IMG/VR virus record: IMGVR_UViG_638276466_000001 | Location: 495 to 64,494 of that record | DNA length: 64,000 nucleotides | Direction: 5' to 3' (one strand) | Source of the DNA: a virus | Taxonomy: Duplodnaviria > Caudoviricetes | Shown here: positions 49,187-58,863 of the stretch, in pieces | How positions within the stretch are numbered: the first letter of the stretch is position 1 | Layout: every line of letters starts with the position of its first letter | The notes under the pieces: model-generated | What the model was told of the DNA's origin: nothing | The model's database searches: none | The model's input: the letters and a program-made list of their open reading frames with translations, nothing else | Made by a program: the position numbers and the translations under genes

Positions 49187-52100
49187 TTGAAGGACCTTGA
49201 GCTCAGTCAGCCAGACCCGATCCGCGAGAAGCGAATTGGTGAGGAGCTCTCTTTTTCCAAAACCAGCAATGGCTTGTCGGTGAAACCGATGAAGTTCGTA
49301 TCGCTTCACACCCACTCAACCTTCTCCTACGGCGATGGCTACGGACCAGTCAAGGAGCACGTCCAGCGAGTTGCGGAGCTGGGCATGGGCGCTCTGGCGC
49401 TCACCGAGCACGGCAACCTGAGCAGCCACGCACAACTCGAGAAGGCCTGCAACGAAATTGGAATCAAGCCGATCTTCGGTTGCGAGCTGTACGTTGCTCC
49501 GCCAGGCGAGAACCGTAAGTGCCATCAGACGGTCCTGGCGATGAACGAGGTCGGGCTCCAGAACCTGAACCGCATCGTCACCAAGAGCTGGAAGAACTTC
49601 TACCGCTGGCCCACGACCAGCTGGAAGATGTTGGAGGAACACAATGAGGGGCTCATCGTACTTTCAGGATGCGCCGATAGCGTGCTATCATGCACGCTGC
49701 TGGGTGGTAAGTCTTACGGTGACAAGCGACTCACCGCAAGCAAGCGCGACATCGCTCGTGCCGCTGGGCTTATTGGACGGTACCAAGAGGTATTTGGAGA
49801 TCGGTACTACCTTGAAGCCCAGAGATTTCCAGGACTTGATCGCACTTGCGCTCTCAATCCGCTCCTCGCACGGCTATCGGAACTCACCGGAGCTCGTCTT
49901 GTTGGAACGGCTGATGTTCATTATCCACGTGGATCCGACAATGAGATGCAGAAGATTCTTCACGCGGCTCATCGCGGGTCTACTGTGGAGGCTACTGAGG
50001 CGTCCTGGGAGTACGACATTCTCCTCACTTACCCGGAATCCGACCGAGAAATCTATATGGACCTGGTGGGTACGGGGCTGACCAAAGCTCAAGCGCGCGA
50101 AGCGGTTCTGGAGTCTGGCCGAATCGCCGAGCGCTGTAACGTGATTCTGCCGAAGAACCAGCCGATCCGTTTCCCCAAGCCTACCAAGGAAGTTGACGGC
50201 ACGAAGGTGCCGATGAGCGCCAACGAGCTGATCCGTAAGTGGCTCAACGAGGGCTGGCACTTCCGTATGGCGACCAACCCGAACATGCGGAAGAACCGCC
50301 AGGCATACAAGGCACGCGTCGAGCATGAGCTTGGCATGATGGAGGAGAAGGACTTCCTTGATTACTTCTTGGTACTCAGCGATGCGGTCCGTTGGGCCAA
50401 AGACCACAAGATTCCGGTTGGGCCCGCTCGTGGTAGTGCTGCGGCGTCGCTTGTGTGTTACTTGCTTCGGATCACTGAAGTCGATCCGATGCTCTTCCCG
50501 CACATGCTGTTTGAACGTTTCATTGATCCGACACGTACAGAGCTGCCCGACGTCGACCTTGACTTCTCAGACGACCGACGAATCGAAGTCAAGCGCTACC
50601 TAGAGGAGAAGTACGGTGCGGACCGTGTTGGTAACATCGGAAACTTCACGCGTTATCGTGGCAAGAACTCGATCGACGACGTGGCTCGCGTGTACAACAT
50701 CCCCGTCTGGGAAACCGAGATCGTCAAGAACCTCATCATCGAGCGCTCTGGCGGTGACAGTCGTATCAGTGATTCTCTCGAGGATACATTCAACATGTTC
50801 CCCAAGGCCGCAGCAGTTCTGGAGCGTCACCCAGAGCTCGCCAACGCGATTCGCCTGGAGGGAAATTACCGGGGGATGGGAGTTCATGCTGCCGGCATCG
50901 TCATTAGTAACACTCCCATCACCGATACCTGCGCAGTGTACGAGCGCGAATCGGCCGGCAAGACGACGCAGGTCATCGCATACGACAAGAAGGACGGCGA
51001 GTATGTCGGCATGCTCAAGGCAGACTTCCTCGGTCTGTCGACGATGGGCATGATCGGTATCGCCCTTGACATGATTGGGATGGACCTTGAAGACCTATAT
51101 CGAATCCCTCTTGATGACCAGAAGGTGCTGGAAGCATTCCGGCGTGGAGACGTCACCGGCATCTTTCAGTTTGAAGGACGAGCTACTCGGATCGTGTGCA
51201 GTGACGTTGTGCCAGACCACTTCCAACACCTGGCGGATATCAACGCACTCAGCCGCCCTGGTCCGCTCTTCTCAGGAATGACTGCGGCTTACTGCGAGGT
51301 CAAGCACGGCCGCAAGACTCCAGAGCGGTACCATCCCATTTTGGACAATCTGACTGACTGGACGTATGGTCAGGTGGTGTACCAGGAGCAGGTTCTCAGC
51401 ACCATCAGGGAGCTCGGAGGATTCCCGATGAGCGAGGTCCACAGTATCCGTAAGATCATCTCCCAAAAGCTCGGCGAGGCCCAATTCGAGGCCAAATACA
51501 AGATGTTCGAGGACAATGCTTGCCAGAACCACGGCTGCACCCCGGAGCAGGCGCAGAAGATCTGGCGCTTCCTGGCGACATCAGCCACCTACTCATTCAA
51601 CATCGCGCACTGCATCAGCTACAGCATGCTCGCCTACTGGCAGATGTGGATCAAGCAGCACCACCCCACCGCGTTCTATGCGGCCCAGCTGCGCAAGGTC
51701 AACGACGAGAAGCTCTACAAGTTGATGCGGGATGCGGTGCGACACAACATATCTATCCTCCCGCCAAGCATCAACGAGTCGATGGCGAGCTGGTCGGCTC
51801 CCATGGAAGGTGTTGTGCGCGCAGGATTCCTGCAGATACCGGGGGTGGGCCCCAAGACATCGGAGGTGATAGTCGAATGGCGCAATCAGAAGATCAGGAA
51901 GGGACAGAAGGCAATCGCAGCCAGTGCCCCGGACCTCATGTGGTCGGACCTGCTTGAGGTAAAGGGGATTGGCCCCAAGTCCATCGAGAAGATCGTGGCA
52001 TTCTGCGAGGCAGAGGACCCATTCGGGCTCAACAGGGTTCAAGACCTGTTCAAGTCTCTGCGGCGGATCATCAAGCCCGGCAATGGGTATGGGGTGCCAG

Positions 52101-52489
52101 CGCCTACGCATAACAGCGAGAGCATCCCGCGTACCGGCGACCACGACGGCATTGTCTGGATGGGCATCCCCAAGGCCAAGAACTATCAGGACTATATCGA
52201 GAACCAGCGGTCTCGGTACGGCAAGGAAGAGGCCGAGATTCTCGCTGAGATGAAGGATCCGCATCTGGTCAAGAGCTGTGTGGTGCAGTGCTTTGACGAC
52301 TATGACGACGACGTGTACTGCCGGTGGAATCGCTGGCAGTTCCCCAAGTTTGAGAAGATGCTGGAATCGCTGGCCGTTGATGGCAGCAACGTCCTCATTG
52401 TGCGCGGTCGCAAGCGTGAGGACTTCGGAGTGTCACTCCACGTGACGGATGCGTGGGTGCTTGAGTTGGACGAGGACGAAAGGCTGTAG
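49187..52489 (+). CDS. dnaE: DNA polymerase III alpha subunit (DnaE-like)
   Basis: PHP HTHS..DG; GPARGSAAASLV; FERF..PDVDLD; HAAG; KADFLGL; YQEQ; YSFN.AH. Confidence 0.95.
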   Translation: MKDLELSQPDPIREKRIGEELSFSKTSNGLSVKPMKFVSLHTHSTFSYGDGYGPVKEHVQRVAELGMGALALTEHGNLSSHAQLEKACNEIGIKPIFGCELYVAPPGENRKCHQTVLAMNEVGLQNLNRIVTKSWKNFYRWPTTSWKMLEEHNEGLIVLSGCADSVLSCTLLGGKSYGDKRLTASKRDIARAAGLIGRYQEVFGDRYYLEAQRFPGLDRTCALNPLLARLSELTGARLVGTADVHYPRGSDNEMQKILHAAHRGSTVEATEASWEYDILLTYPESDREIYMDLVGTGLTKAQAREAVLESGRIAERCNVILPKNQPIRFPKPTKEVDGTKVPMSANELIRKWLNEGWHFRMATNPNMRKNRQAYKARVEHELGMMEEKDFLDYFLVLSDAVRWAKDHKIPVGPARGSAAASLVCYLLRITEVDPMLFPHMLFERFIDPTRTELPDVDLDFSDDRRIEVKRYLEEKYGADRVGNIGNFTRYRGKNSIDDVARVYNIPVWETEIVKNLIIERSGGDSRISDSLEDTFNMFPKAAAVLERHPELANAIRLEGNYRGMGVHAAGIVISNTPITDTCAVYERESAGKTTQVIAYDKKDGEYVGMLKADFLGLSTMGMIGIALDMIGMDLEDLYRIPLDDQKVLEAFRRGDVTGIFQFEGRATRIVCSDVVPDHFQHLADINALSRPGPLFSGMTAAYCEVKHGRKTPERYHPILDNLTDWTYGQVVYQEQVLSTIRELGGFPMSEVHSIRKIISQKLGEAQFEAKYKMFEDNACQNHGCTPEQAQKIWRFLATSATYSFNIAHCISYSMLAYWQMWIKQHHPTAFYAAQLRKVNDEKLYKLMRDAVRHNISILPPSINESMASWSAPMEGVVRAGFLQIPGVGPKTSEVIVEWRNQKIRKGQKAIAASAPDLMWSDLLEVKGIGPKSIEKIVAFCEAEDPFGLNRVQDLFKSLRRIIKPGNGYGVPAPTHNSESIPRTGDHDGIVWMGIPKAKNYQDYIENQRSRYGKEEAEILAEMKDPHLVKSCVVQCFDDYDDDVYCRWNRWQFPKFEKMLESLAVDGSNVLIVRGRKREDFGVSLHVTDAWVLELDEDERL

Positions 52490-52490
52490 T

Positions 52491-53012
52491 ATGGGCAAGA
52501 AGAAGAAGCGTGTGGGCAAGCCCGGACCCAAGCACAACCCGCTGAAGCTGGTGGGTGGTGGCGAGGACTCGGCCGCACGCGTCACCAAGGTCATCCAGAA
52601 CATGCTCAAGCCGCCAGAGACGGTGCTCGCGCACATCCAGCGCGTAGGGGCTCCGTTCTGGGTAGCACCATTTGGAGTTTCGCAGGAGGGCGAGCAGTAC
52701 GCGCGTCCGTGCCTGGTGGTGCCGTACGACGACCTGATTTCGGCCGAGCTGGCCCATCTGGCTGCTGGCGGGGAGCTTGCCGAGACGTACACCGAGGAAG
52801 CCCGCAAGGCGAGCCTCGCAGCTGCGCGTAGTGTCGCAGGCGCACAGCCCAAGAGCGACCTGGACCCCACAGCCATTCTGGCCCAGGTCAAGGAGATGCA
52901 GCAGCAGGTTCACGGCGCACAGTCGCGGGTTGCTGACACAGCATCAAAGATCGAACCCACCGAGCTTTCGGACGAGGAGCGCGACGAGCTCCTCCGCAAG
53001 CTGCGGGGTTAA
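52491..53012 (+). CDS. hypothetical protein
   Basis: ATG 1 nt after dnaE stop; basic N-terminus. Confidence 0.7.
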   Translation: MGKKKKRVGKPGPKHNPLKLVGGGEDSAARVTKVIQNMLKPPETVLAHIQRVGAPFWVAPFGVSQEGEQYARPCLVVPYDDLISAELAHLAAGGELAETYTEEARKASLAAARSVAGAQPKSDLDPTAILAQVKEMQQQVHGAQSRVADTASKIEPTELSDEERDELLRKLRG

Positions 53013-53039
53013 TTCCAACAACAAGAAGGGAATCACATC

Positions 53040-54140
53040 ATGACCGGGAAAGAGATCGCCAACTACGCCGACGTGGCGATGTTCAAGGCCGAAGAGATCG
53101 ACCGCACCAAGGGACCGCAGGTGTTCCTGTTGAGCTGCAACAACGATCCGCTTGGGAGCATCGCGGCTGCCGCCAAGGCGTACAAGGGCGAGTTCGTTGA
53201 GTCACTGGCCCAGATCACCGACGACGAGCGCCGGTACTACCTCAAGGAGGTGCAGAAGTCGGTGCTTGAAATGCCTCTGGAGGCCGTCCAGTTCCACTTC
53301 CGCATCACCGGTGTGACTCGCGGGTTCACCCACCAGATGGTCCGGCAGCGCACCGCAGCCTACTCCCAGGAGAGCACGCGCTTCGCCGTCAAGGAAGACG
53401 TCCCAGTCGGATTGCCACCCAGCCTGCAAGACACGATGCCATGGAACGAATGGGTCGAGGAATGTGCGATGGAGATCTATCCAGTTCGCAGCCAACGGCG
53501 TGAGTATCTTCAGGACAGACGTGACCAGGCTGAAGATTTCGCCGAGACGATGGCCGACAAGGATCAGCTCTGGCGTCGTCGGTGGGATAGGGCTATCGGC
53601 GTCATCGAGGAGGAGTACAACGCTCTGGTCAACGAGGGCATGCCAGCCGAGGACGCGCGTGGATTGCTGCCGACGAACCTTCTGACCCAGATCAACTACA
53701 TCACCGATCTGCGCGGTCTCAAAGGCCATGCAGGCGTGCGGCTCTGCACACAAGCGCAGTTCGAGTGGCGTCAGGTCTGGGCCCAGATCGTCCAGGCGAT
53801 CCGTGAGTACGGGAAGACCCAGACATACATGACGAACGACAACGTCCATGACATTCCGGAGAACCAGAAGTCGTCGCAGTGGCAGTTCGATGCCTTGGCG
53901 GACATCTTCCGGCCGATCTGCTACTACCGGGGGAGCTGCCAGTTCCAGGCAGACTTCGACCGGCACTGCGCCATCCGTGATCGCGTCGAGGAGAATGCCG
54001 GTATCAATCGGCCGAGCACCGACTGGGACAAGGAATGGGTCGGACCGAATCCTCTAAGCCCCACTGGCGCTGAGGGTTACATCGGACCGATCTTCCCGGC
54101 TGAGTGGCTCCTGGATCCCTCGGCGGCAAGGACGAAGTGA
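53040..54140 (+). CDS. thyX: ThyX-like flavin-dependent thymidylate synthase homologue
   Basis: HQMVRQRTAAYSQESTR, EDARGLLP, RLCTQAQFEW; signature RHR is RQR here. Confidence 0.8.
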   Translation: MTGKEIANYADVAMFKAEEIDRTKGPQVFLLSCNNDPLGSIAAAAKAYKGEFVESLAQITDDERRYYLKEVQKSVLEMPLEAVQFHFRITGVTRGFTHQMVRQRTAAYSQESTRFAVKEDVPVGLPPSLQDTMPWNEWVEECAMEIYPVRSQRREYLQDRRDQAEDFAETMADKDQLWRRRWDRAIGVIEEEYNALVNEGMPAEDARGLLPTNLLTQINYITDLRGLKGHAGVRLCTQAQFEWRQVWAQIVQAIREYGKTQTYMTNDNVHDIPENQKSSQWQFDALADIFRPICYYRGSCQFQADFDRHCAIRDRVEENAGINRPSTDWDKEWVGPNPLSPTGAEGYIGPIFPAEWLLDPSAARTK

Positions 54141-54313
54141 CCAAGGAGACCGGCGCATGCCGACTGTGTGGGAGGGTGGTCGATCGGGCCACCCTCACCC
54201 CGCACTGGCTACACAGCTTCATCTGCACGCGATGCAGTGAAGGATTGAAACGATTGAGCGCGAAGCTCTTTCCCACGACAGGAGGGGATTCAGTTGGGAA
54301 TCATCGTCATTGA
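54137..54313 (+). CDS. small zinc-finger protein
   Basis: CRLC..CTRC; GTGA overlap. Confidence 0.55.
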   Translation: MTKETGACRLCGRVVDRATLTPHWLHSFICTRCSEGLKRLSAKLFPTTGGDSVGNHRH

Positions 54314-54965
54314 TTTGGCCGAAGGGAGGTCGCACCGTGCCGCTATGCGTAAGAAGAGGCGCAACAGAGACAGCGAAGCCGGAATCAACTATTCCACAGC
54401 ACCGGTCATCGCTGTTGATCCGGGCGGAACGACCGGCTGGTCCTTCATGTGTGTGGAGCCATTGGCTCTGCACGACCCGCAGGAAATGGTACTCGAGAAC
54501 ATCATCACTCATCAGCACGGCGAGCTCAGCAGCACTGTCGGATGCAATGTCGCGGAAGGCGAAGACCTCTGCGTCGCAGACCTGTATGAATTCATCTCGG
54601 CTTGGCCCCAGGCCGCTGTCGTGGTGGAGGACTTCGTCATCCGAAGCAACAATCGGAGTCGCGAATTCCTTTCGCCCGTGCGGATTACCGCCGCACTCAA
54701 GCACCTGCTATGGGCCGACAACCGATACATCATCCGACAGACACCAGCAGACGCCAAGATCACTGCGAGCGATGACCGGCTGAAGAGCTGGGGCTTGTAC
54801 GACAAGCATGGCAGCCTTGGGCACGCACGCGATGCCGATCGGCACGCAATTACATTCCTGCGCAAGGCCAAAAGCAACCCGAAGCTCCGGGCGATGGCGT
54901 GGCCGCACCTGTTCGGAGAGGAGGGTATTTATGCAGTCGAAGACGACGGACAGAGCTGGGGCTGA
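54294..54965 (+). CDS. RuvC-like Holliday junction resolvase
   Basis: IAVDPGGTTG, VVVEDF, HARDA acidic triad. Confidence 0.8.
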   Translation: MGIIVIDLAEGRSHRAAMRKKRRNRDSEAGINYSTAPVIAVDPGGTTGWSFMCVEPLALHDPQEMVLENIITHQHGELSSTVGCNVAEGEDLCVADLYEFISAWPQAAVVVEDFVIRSNNRSREFLSPVRITAALKHLLWADNRYIIRQTPADAKITASDDRLKSWGLYDKHGSLGHARDADRHAITFLRKAKSNPKLRAMAWPHLFGEEGIYAVEDDGQSWG

Positions 54966-55167
54966 TGTGCCGCCAGCGTGGCTGGTTCGGGTGCTGGGCG
55001 AACACCAGCCGCAACTGAAGGGTCTGTGGTGCACATGCTCTTGGAAGAGCACGGACGCCTTCGGCGCTCCGAAGCACTACATCACCTTTTCTGCGGAACA
55101 TCAAGCGGCCGAAGTACATCGCGCTCTGAGTGATGGCGTCGCAGCTCTTTTCGAGGAGGTTCGGTGA
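54931..55167 (+). CDS. hypothetical protein
   Basis: GAGGAGG RBS; CTC.W..H pattern; start uncertain. Confidence 0.45.
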   Translation: MQSKTTDRAGADVPPAWLVRVLGEHQPQLKGLWCTCSWKSTDAFGAPKHYITFSAEHQAAEVHRALSDGVAALFEEVR

Positions 55168-55517
55168 GCAAATCGGACGAGTTCTATGCCAAGGCGTTGG
55201 TCGCGCTAGGTGATGCAGAAGCTGCGCAAGCTCACCTCAAGGAGAGCTTCGACGACAATCACAACACCTTCTGGTCTCAGCGCGTACTTGCGCACTGCGC
55301 CTTGGCGAACGTCTATCTCAAGGCCGCAGAGCGGGAAGCGGCCCAGGAGGCTCGGCAGGACCAGGTCGAGGTGCTGACCTTCGGGACGGACGAGGTTGTG
55401 GCGCAGTTCCCAGACGAAGAAGAGGATGAAGGGATCCTGCCCGAACAGGATTTCTCTCTGACCGAGCCTGAGCTGCGCAGTGCACTCGCACGGCTGAGAG
55501 CGAGGATGGGTCGATGA
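55164..55517 (+). CDS. hypothetical protein
   Basis: GGAGG RBS, GTGA overlap. Confidence 0.7.
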   Translation: MSKSDEFYAKALVALGDAEAAQAHLKESFDDNHNTFWSQRVLAHCALANVYLKAAEREAAQEARQDQVEVLTFGTDEVVAQFPDEEEDEGILPEQDFSLTEPELRSALARLRARMGR

Positions 55518-55789
55518 GGCGCGCGGGCATGAACGACATCAATCCGACAGTCGTCAAGAGCCAGAACGACGACCAATACAAGAATCCAAATCCCAAGGAC
55601 GCCTTCACATTCGGGCGCACGTGCCCGGACTGCGCTGGCGGGTTACAGTTCAAGTGGGACCGGATGAAGTTCCGGCCCAGGCGCAAGGTATGGATCTGTC
55701 CTGCCTGCTACGAGATTGAACTGGAAGGGCTGCCACCAATCAACACGGTCGGCCCCGCATCGGAGGAGGAAGAATGCCCCGTGGAGTAG
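55514..55789 (+). CDS. zinc-ribbon protein
   Basis: CPDC..WICPAC. Confidence 0.65.
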   Translation: MRRAGMNDINPTVVKSQNDDQYKNPNPKDAFTFGRTCPDCAGGLQFKWDRMKFRPRRKVWICPACYEIELEGLPPINTVGPASEEEECPVE

Positions 55790-55791
55790 CG

Positions 55792-56025
55792 ATGACCAAG
55801 GAGCAAATCGCAAGGGCGGAGGAGCTTTTGAACGAAGGCTGCTCTTACCTCGAAGTCTCCCGAACCATCGGCATCGCCGAGTTCAGCATTCGCCTCAAGT
55901 TCCCCGGTCGGGGCTGGACGCAAGAGCAGAAAGCCGAGCACAAACGTCTCAATGATCTGTTCAAGCGCCTCGACACCATCTGGGGCTTGGAGAGAGCACA
56001 GAGAGGCGAGAGGCGCGCATCATAA
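55792..56025 (+). CDS. helix-turn-helix DNA-binding protein
   Basis: LLNEGCSYLEVSRTIGIAEFSI HTH pattern. Confidence 0.7.
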   Translation: MTKEQIARAEELLNEGCSYLEVSRTIGIAEFSIRLKFPGRGWTQEQKAEHKRLNDLFKRLDTIWGLERAQRGERRAS

Positions 56026-56031
56026 GTTCAG

Positions 56032-56060
56032 TAGCCCGCATCGGCCCGAACCAGTACGAT
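56032..56060 (+). promoter_or_regulatory. repeated phage promoter (TAGCCC-GCATCGG..-TACGAT)
   Basis: 17-nt spacer, intergenic. Confidence 0.6.
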
Positions 56061-56083
56061 CAAAACCGTAACAAGGAGGAACC

Positions 56084-56299
56084 ATGAAGCTCACCGGAAC
56101 TGCCCCGCGAACGTCGCGGGTGAGCGGGTGGGTCGAGCCAGAACTCGACCAAGCGCTCAAGGAGTATGCCCGCGAGCTCGGCACCAAGACCTCACCAGCC
56201 TTGCGCCGCGTCATCATCCTTGGCTTGCGCCAAGAGGGCTTCCAGATCGACAGCGAAGTGGTTCCGATGCCCGACAGACCATCACACAGGAAGGATTGA
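56084..56299 (+). CDS. ribbon-helix-helix DNA-binding protein
   Basis: RVSGWV strand, ELDQALKEYARELG, TSPALRRVI helices. Confidence 0.7.
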   Translation: MKLTGTAPRTSRVSGWVEPELDQALKEYARELGTKTSPALRRVIILGLRQEGFQIDSEVVPMPDRPSHRKD

Positions 56300-56302
56300 T
56301 CG

Positions 56303-56743
56303 ATGAGCCGAGTGGAGGTGGCCCTCGCGAGCGTAGCGCTGTCTGCGGCGATGCTCCTGAGCCAGGCCGCTACTGTGGGCGCAGAGCCCGAGCAGCTGTC
56401 CGGGAAGGACCAGTTGTACCTCACACGCCTAGTCATTGGCGAGGTGCCATACGGAACAGCTGCAAATGCCCTCTCCATTGCACGTCGTGTATGCCAGGCT
56501 ACCACTGGCGGAGACTGGGACGCCACCTCTCTCGGGAAGCTCGGCCAAGAGATCATCCGCAACAACCCGAAGTTCGACGCTGACTCGGCAGCGAACATCA
56601 TGGTGTCGAGCATGACGCTGTACTGCCCCGAGAACATCCCCGACTGGTTTCACGCCGAGACGGCCAAGTATCTCGCCGAGGACGCCGGTGTGGCTGTCCC
56701 TGTGGCGACGAATCCTGGTCCCTACAAACCTCTCCCACGCTAG
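56303..56743 (+). CDS. secreted DUF732-like protein
   Basis: Signal peptide; DQLYL..ARRVC..LYCP. Confidence 0.7.
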   Translation: MSRVEVALASVALSAAMLLSQAATVGAEPEQLSGKDQLYLTRLVIGEVPYGTAANALSIARRVCQATTGGDWDATSLGKLGQEIIRNNPKFDADSAANIMVSSMTLYCPENIPDWFHAETAKYLAEDAGVAVPVATNPGPYKPLPR

Positions 56744-56754
56744 GAGCGTCTGCC

Positions 56755-57330
56755 ATGGACACAGCGCCTTTTGGCGTATCTACCGCTGACTTCATCGTCT
56801 GGGGGATCACCTTCGCGCTCACGGCTTTGACAGCTTGGCTGCTGAAGCATGGTTGGCGCGTGAAGACTCCGCCAGGGCTCGTGCATCGCACCTTCAACAA
56901 GCACGGCATGCCCACCAGCGGTATCTGCCCGCATGGCTTTGATCGTACGGCGCACCACTACGCGCTCCGAGGCTACGAGCAGGTCGAAACCCAGGGGTGC
57001 GGCGAATGCCTGAAGGAGCTGACCCCAACTCAGTTTACCCACATCACCAGCTGCCCCAGCTGCTGGTTCGTCGGGGCGATACCGTTCGGCCCGATAGAAG
57101 AATACTTCAATCTCCCACCCGAGCAGACGATCTGGGTCGAGAATGACGATGGCAGCGTCCATCTCCGCAAAGCCTTGGAAGAGAACTGGGCCGAGACCGA
57201 ATACAAGGTCTGGGGAGAAGGGCTGCGAGAATGCAAGACCAAGGACCTGAATCTGATCCGGAAATTTCCGGTGAAGCCTGTGGTGTACCGCACATGCCCG
57301 AGTTGCGCTTACACATGGTTTGAGCACTAA
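56755..57330 (+). CDS. membrane-anchored Cys-rich protein
   Basis: N-terminal TM; CPHG, CGEC, CPSC x2. Confidence 0.7.
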   Translation: MDTAPFGVSTADFIVWGITFALTALTAWLLKHGWRVKTPPGLVHRTFNKHGMPTSGICPHGFDRTAHHYALRGYEQVETQGCGECLKELTPTQFTHITSCPSCWFVGAIPFGPIEEYFNLPPEQTIWVENDDGSVHLRKALEENWAETEYKVWGEGLRECKTKDLNLIRKFPVKPVVYRTCPSCAYTWFEH

Positions 57331-57346
57331 CAGAAGGGAATACATC

Positions 57347-57886
57347 ATGGCAATGAAAAACAGTTCGGAGGAAGCACTGCGGAAGGCTGCAGCTGCATAT
57401 GCTCTGCGTCAAATTCGTGAGGTCAAGGAGCGCGCTGACTACATGCTCGTCCACGGCCTGGCCGAGGCCGACGTGTACGGGAAGCATGCTCGTGAGGGCT
57501 GGGAGCAGCGCGGGAATCTTGGGCGCTGGATCATCACGCCCAAAGGACTCAAGAGGGTAGTCCCAGACCCGGACGACGTCGTCGGCTGCGTGCCGGTTCT
57601 CGTCCGAGACCCGGACTACGCTGGCGAGCACCGAGAGCGTAACGAAACGTTGCGCCGGTACTACGATCCGCGCTTTGGCAGAGGCTGGTCTGGTTATGTG
57701 GGCAGCCGACCATACTCTGCAACATGGTCAGCGCTCTGGGACAAGATGACCCAAGAGGATCGTCTAGACTCCTGGGAACAGAACTTCTTCCGCGTCAACG
57801 CCTTCGGTTGGACGCACTATGTCTGCCGAACCAAGCATGACGAAAGCTGCTGGTGCACGAAGGGCCCAGAGGAGGTGATGGACTGA
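57347..57886 (+). CDS. hypothetical protein
   Basis: AGAAGGGAAT RBS before ATG 57347. Confidence 0.7.
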   Translation: MAMKNSSEEALRKAAAAYALRQIREVKERADYMLVHGLAEADVYGKHAREGWEQRGNLGRWIITPKGLKRVVPDPDDVVGCVPVLVRDPDYAGEHRERNETLRRYYDPRFGRGWSGYVGSRPYSATWSALWDKMTQEDRLDSWEQNFFRVNAFGWTHYVCRTKHDESCWCTKGPEEVMD

Positions 57887-58011
57887 TGGATTGGAATCTC
57901 CTGATCGGCGCTGCGATGGGCGCTGCGATGGGCGCGACGATCTATTTGGTCGGATGCATCGTCGGATACATCGTCGGACACAGAGCAGCCAAAAGGAGGC
58001 CCCACCAATGA
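57886..58011 (+). CDS. 41-aa glycine-zipper membrane peptide
   Basis: GGAGG RBS, TGATG and ATGA coupling; MDWNLLIGAAMGAAMGATIYLVGCIVGYIVGHRAAKRR. Confidence 0.6.
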   Translation: MDWNLLIGAAMGAAMGATIYLVGCIVGYIVGHRAAKRRPHQ

Positions 58012-58322
58012 GAGGCGTGAAGGGCTCTGGCGGGGACACATGGGCTGCGCGCTACGACAGCGTGTGCTCGGTGTGCCCGCACCCAATCTTCAAGGGTGAT
58101 CCAGTTCACAAGGTACACAACAAGGTAGCCCACGAGGAGTGCCATGCGCTCGATGAGCGTGGCGGGTTCGGCCTTGATGTCAGCGGCATTGAGCAGGAGC
58201 GCCTCGACGGCCGATACGGCAAGGGCTACGAGGACCGGCCGAGCTACACAGTCCGGGGCCGACGCAAGCACGAACGCAAATGTGGCGAGTGTTTCCAGAT
58301 ACACGCAGGAGAATGTCCGTGA
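58008..58322 (+). CDS. zinc-binding hypothetical protein
   Basis: AGGAGG RBS; CSVC..HEEC, CGECFQIH..C. Confidence 0.65.
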   Translation: MRGVKGSGGDTWAARYDSVCSVCPHPIFKGDPVHKVHNKVAHEECHALDERGGFGLDVSGIEQERLDGRYGKGYEDRPSYTVRGRRKHERKCGECFQIHAGECP

Positions 58323-58564
58323 AACTTGAAGACACGCACGGCGGATACGCCGGCAAGAGTTTGGCCGAGAAGATGCAGGACAAGCTTGATTCTGCTTACA
58401 AGGCGTGGCGCGATGCCGGTGGCAGTGATCATCGACAGAACTCGCAACAGGGACGGCACAGCAGGAACTTCGGCCGGGTTGAGGGCTGTGCGGCGCAACT
58501 CGGAATCCTCAGGAGCACAAGTACAAAACACGAGATCGAGGAAGCGGAAAGGCGATACAGATGA
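58313..58564 (+). CDS. hypothetical protein
   Basis: AGGAG RBS; overlaps neighbours. Confidence 0.6.
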   Translation: MSVKLEDTHGGYAGKSLAEKMQDKLDSAYKAWRDAGGSDHRQNSQQGRHSRNFGRVEGCAAQLGILRSTSTKHEIEEAERRYR

Positions 58565-58863
58565 GGAATCCCTTCAAGTACGGTAGCCCGCAGCGGGTTG
58601 CGTTGGCGTACTGGCTGATGCGGTGGGCGTACCGGATCGTTGAGCGCATTGATCGCGGTCCCGTCCCGAAGATCAGCATGTGGACCTTCACCCTTGAGCG
58701 TGGGAAGGGTGCGGTCGTCCGCAAGGACAATCGGACAGAGCACAAGGGCTGCAGGCTCGTGTACCTCAACGATCGCGAGTACGATCGAGCCTGGTCAGAG
58801 AGTGCATCGTTCGGCAAGGACCAAGACGCCTTCCTCACCCTGGATCTGCCCGATGAGCGGTAA
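58561..58863 (+). CDS. hypothetical protein
   Basis: ATGA overlap, 100 aa. Confidence 0.65.
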   Translation: MRNPFKYGSPQRVALAYWLMRWAYRIVERIDRGPVPKISMWTFTLERGKGAVVRKDNRTEHKGCRLVYLNDREYDRAWSESASFGKDQDAFLTLDLPDER

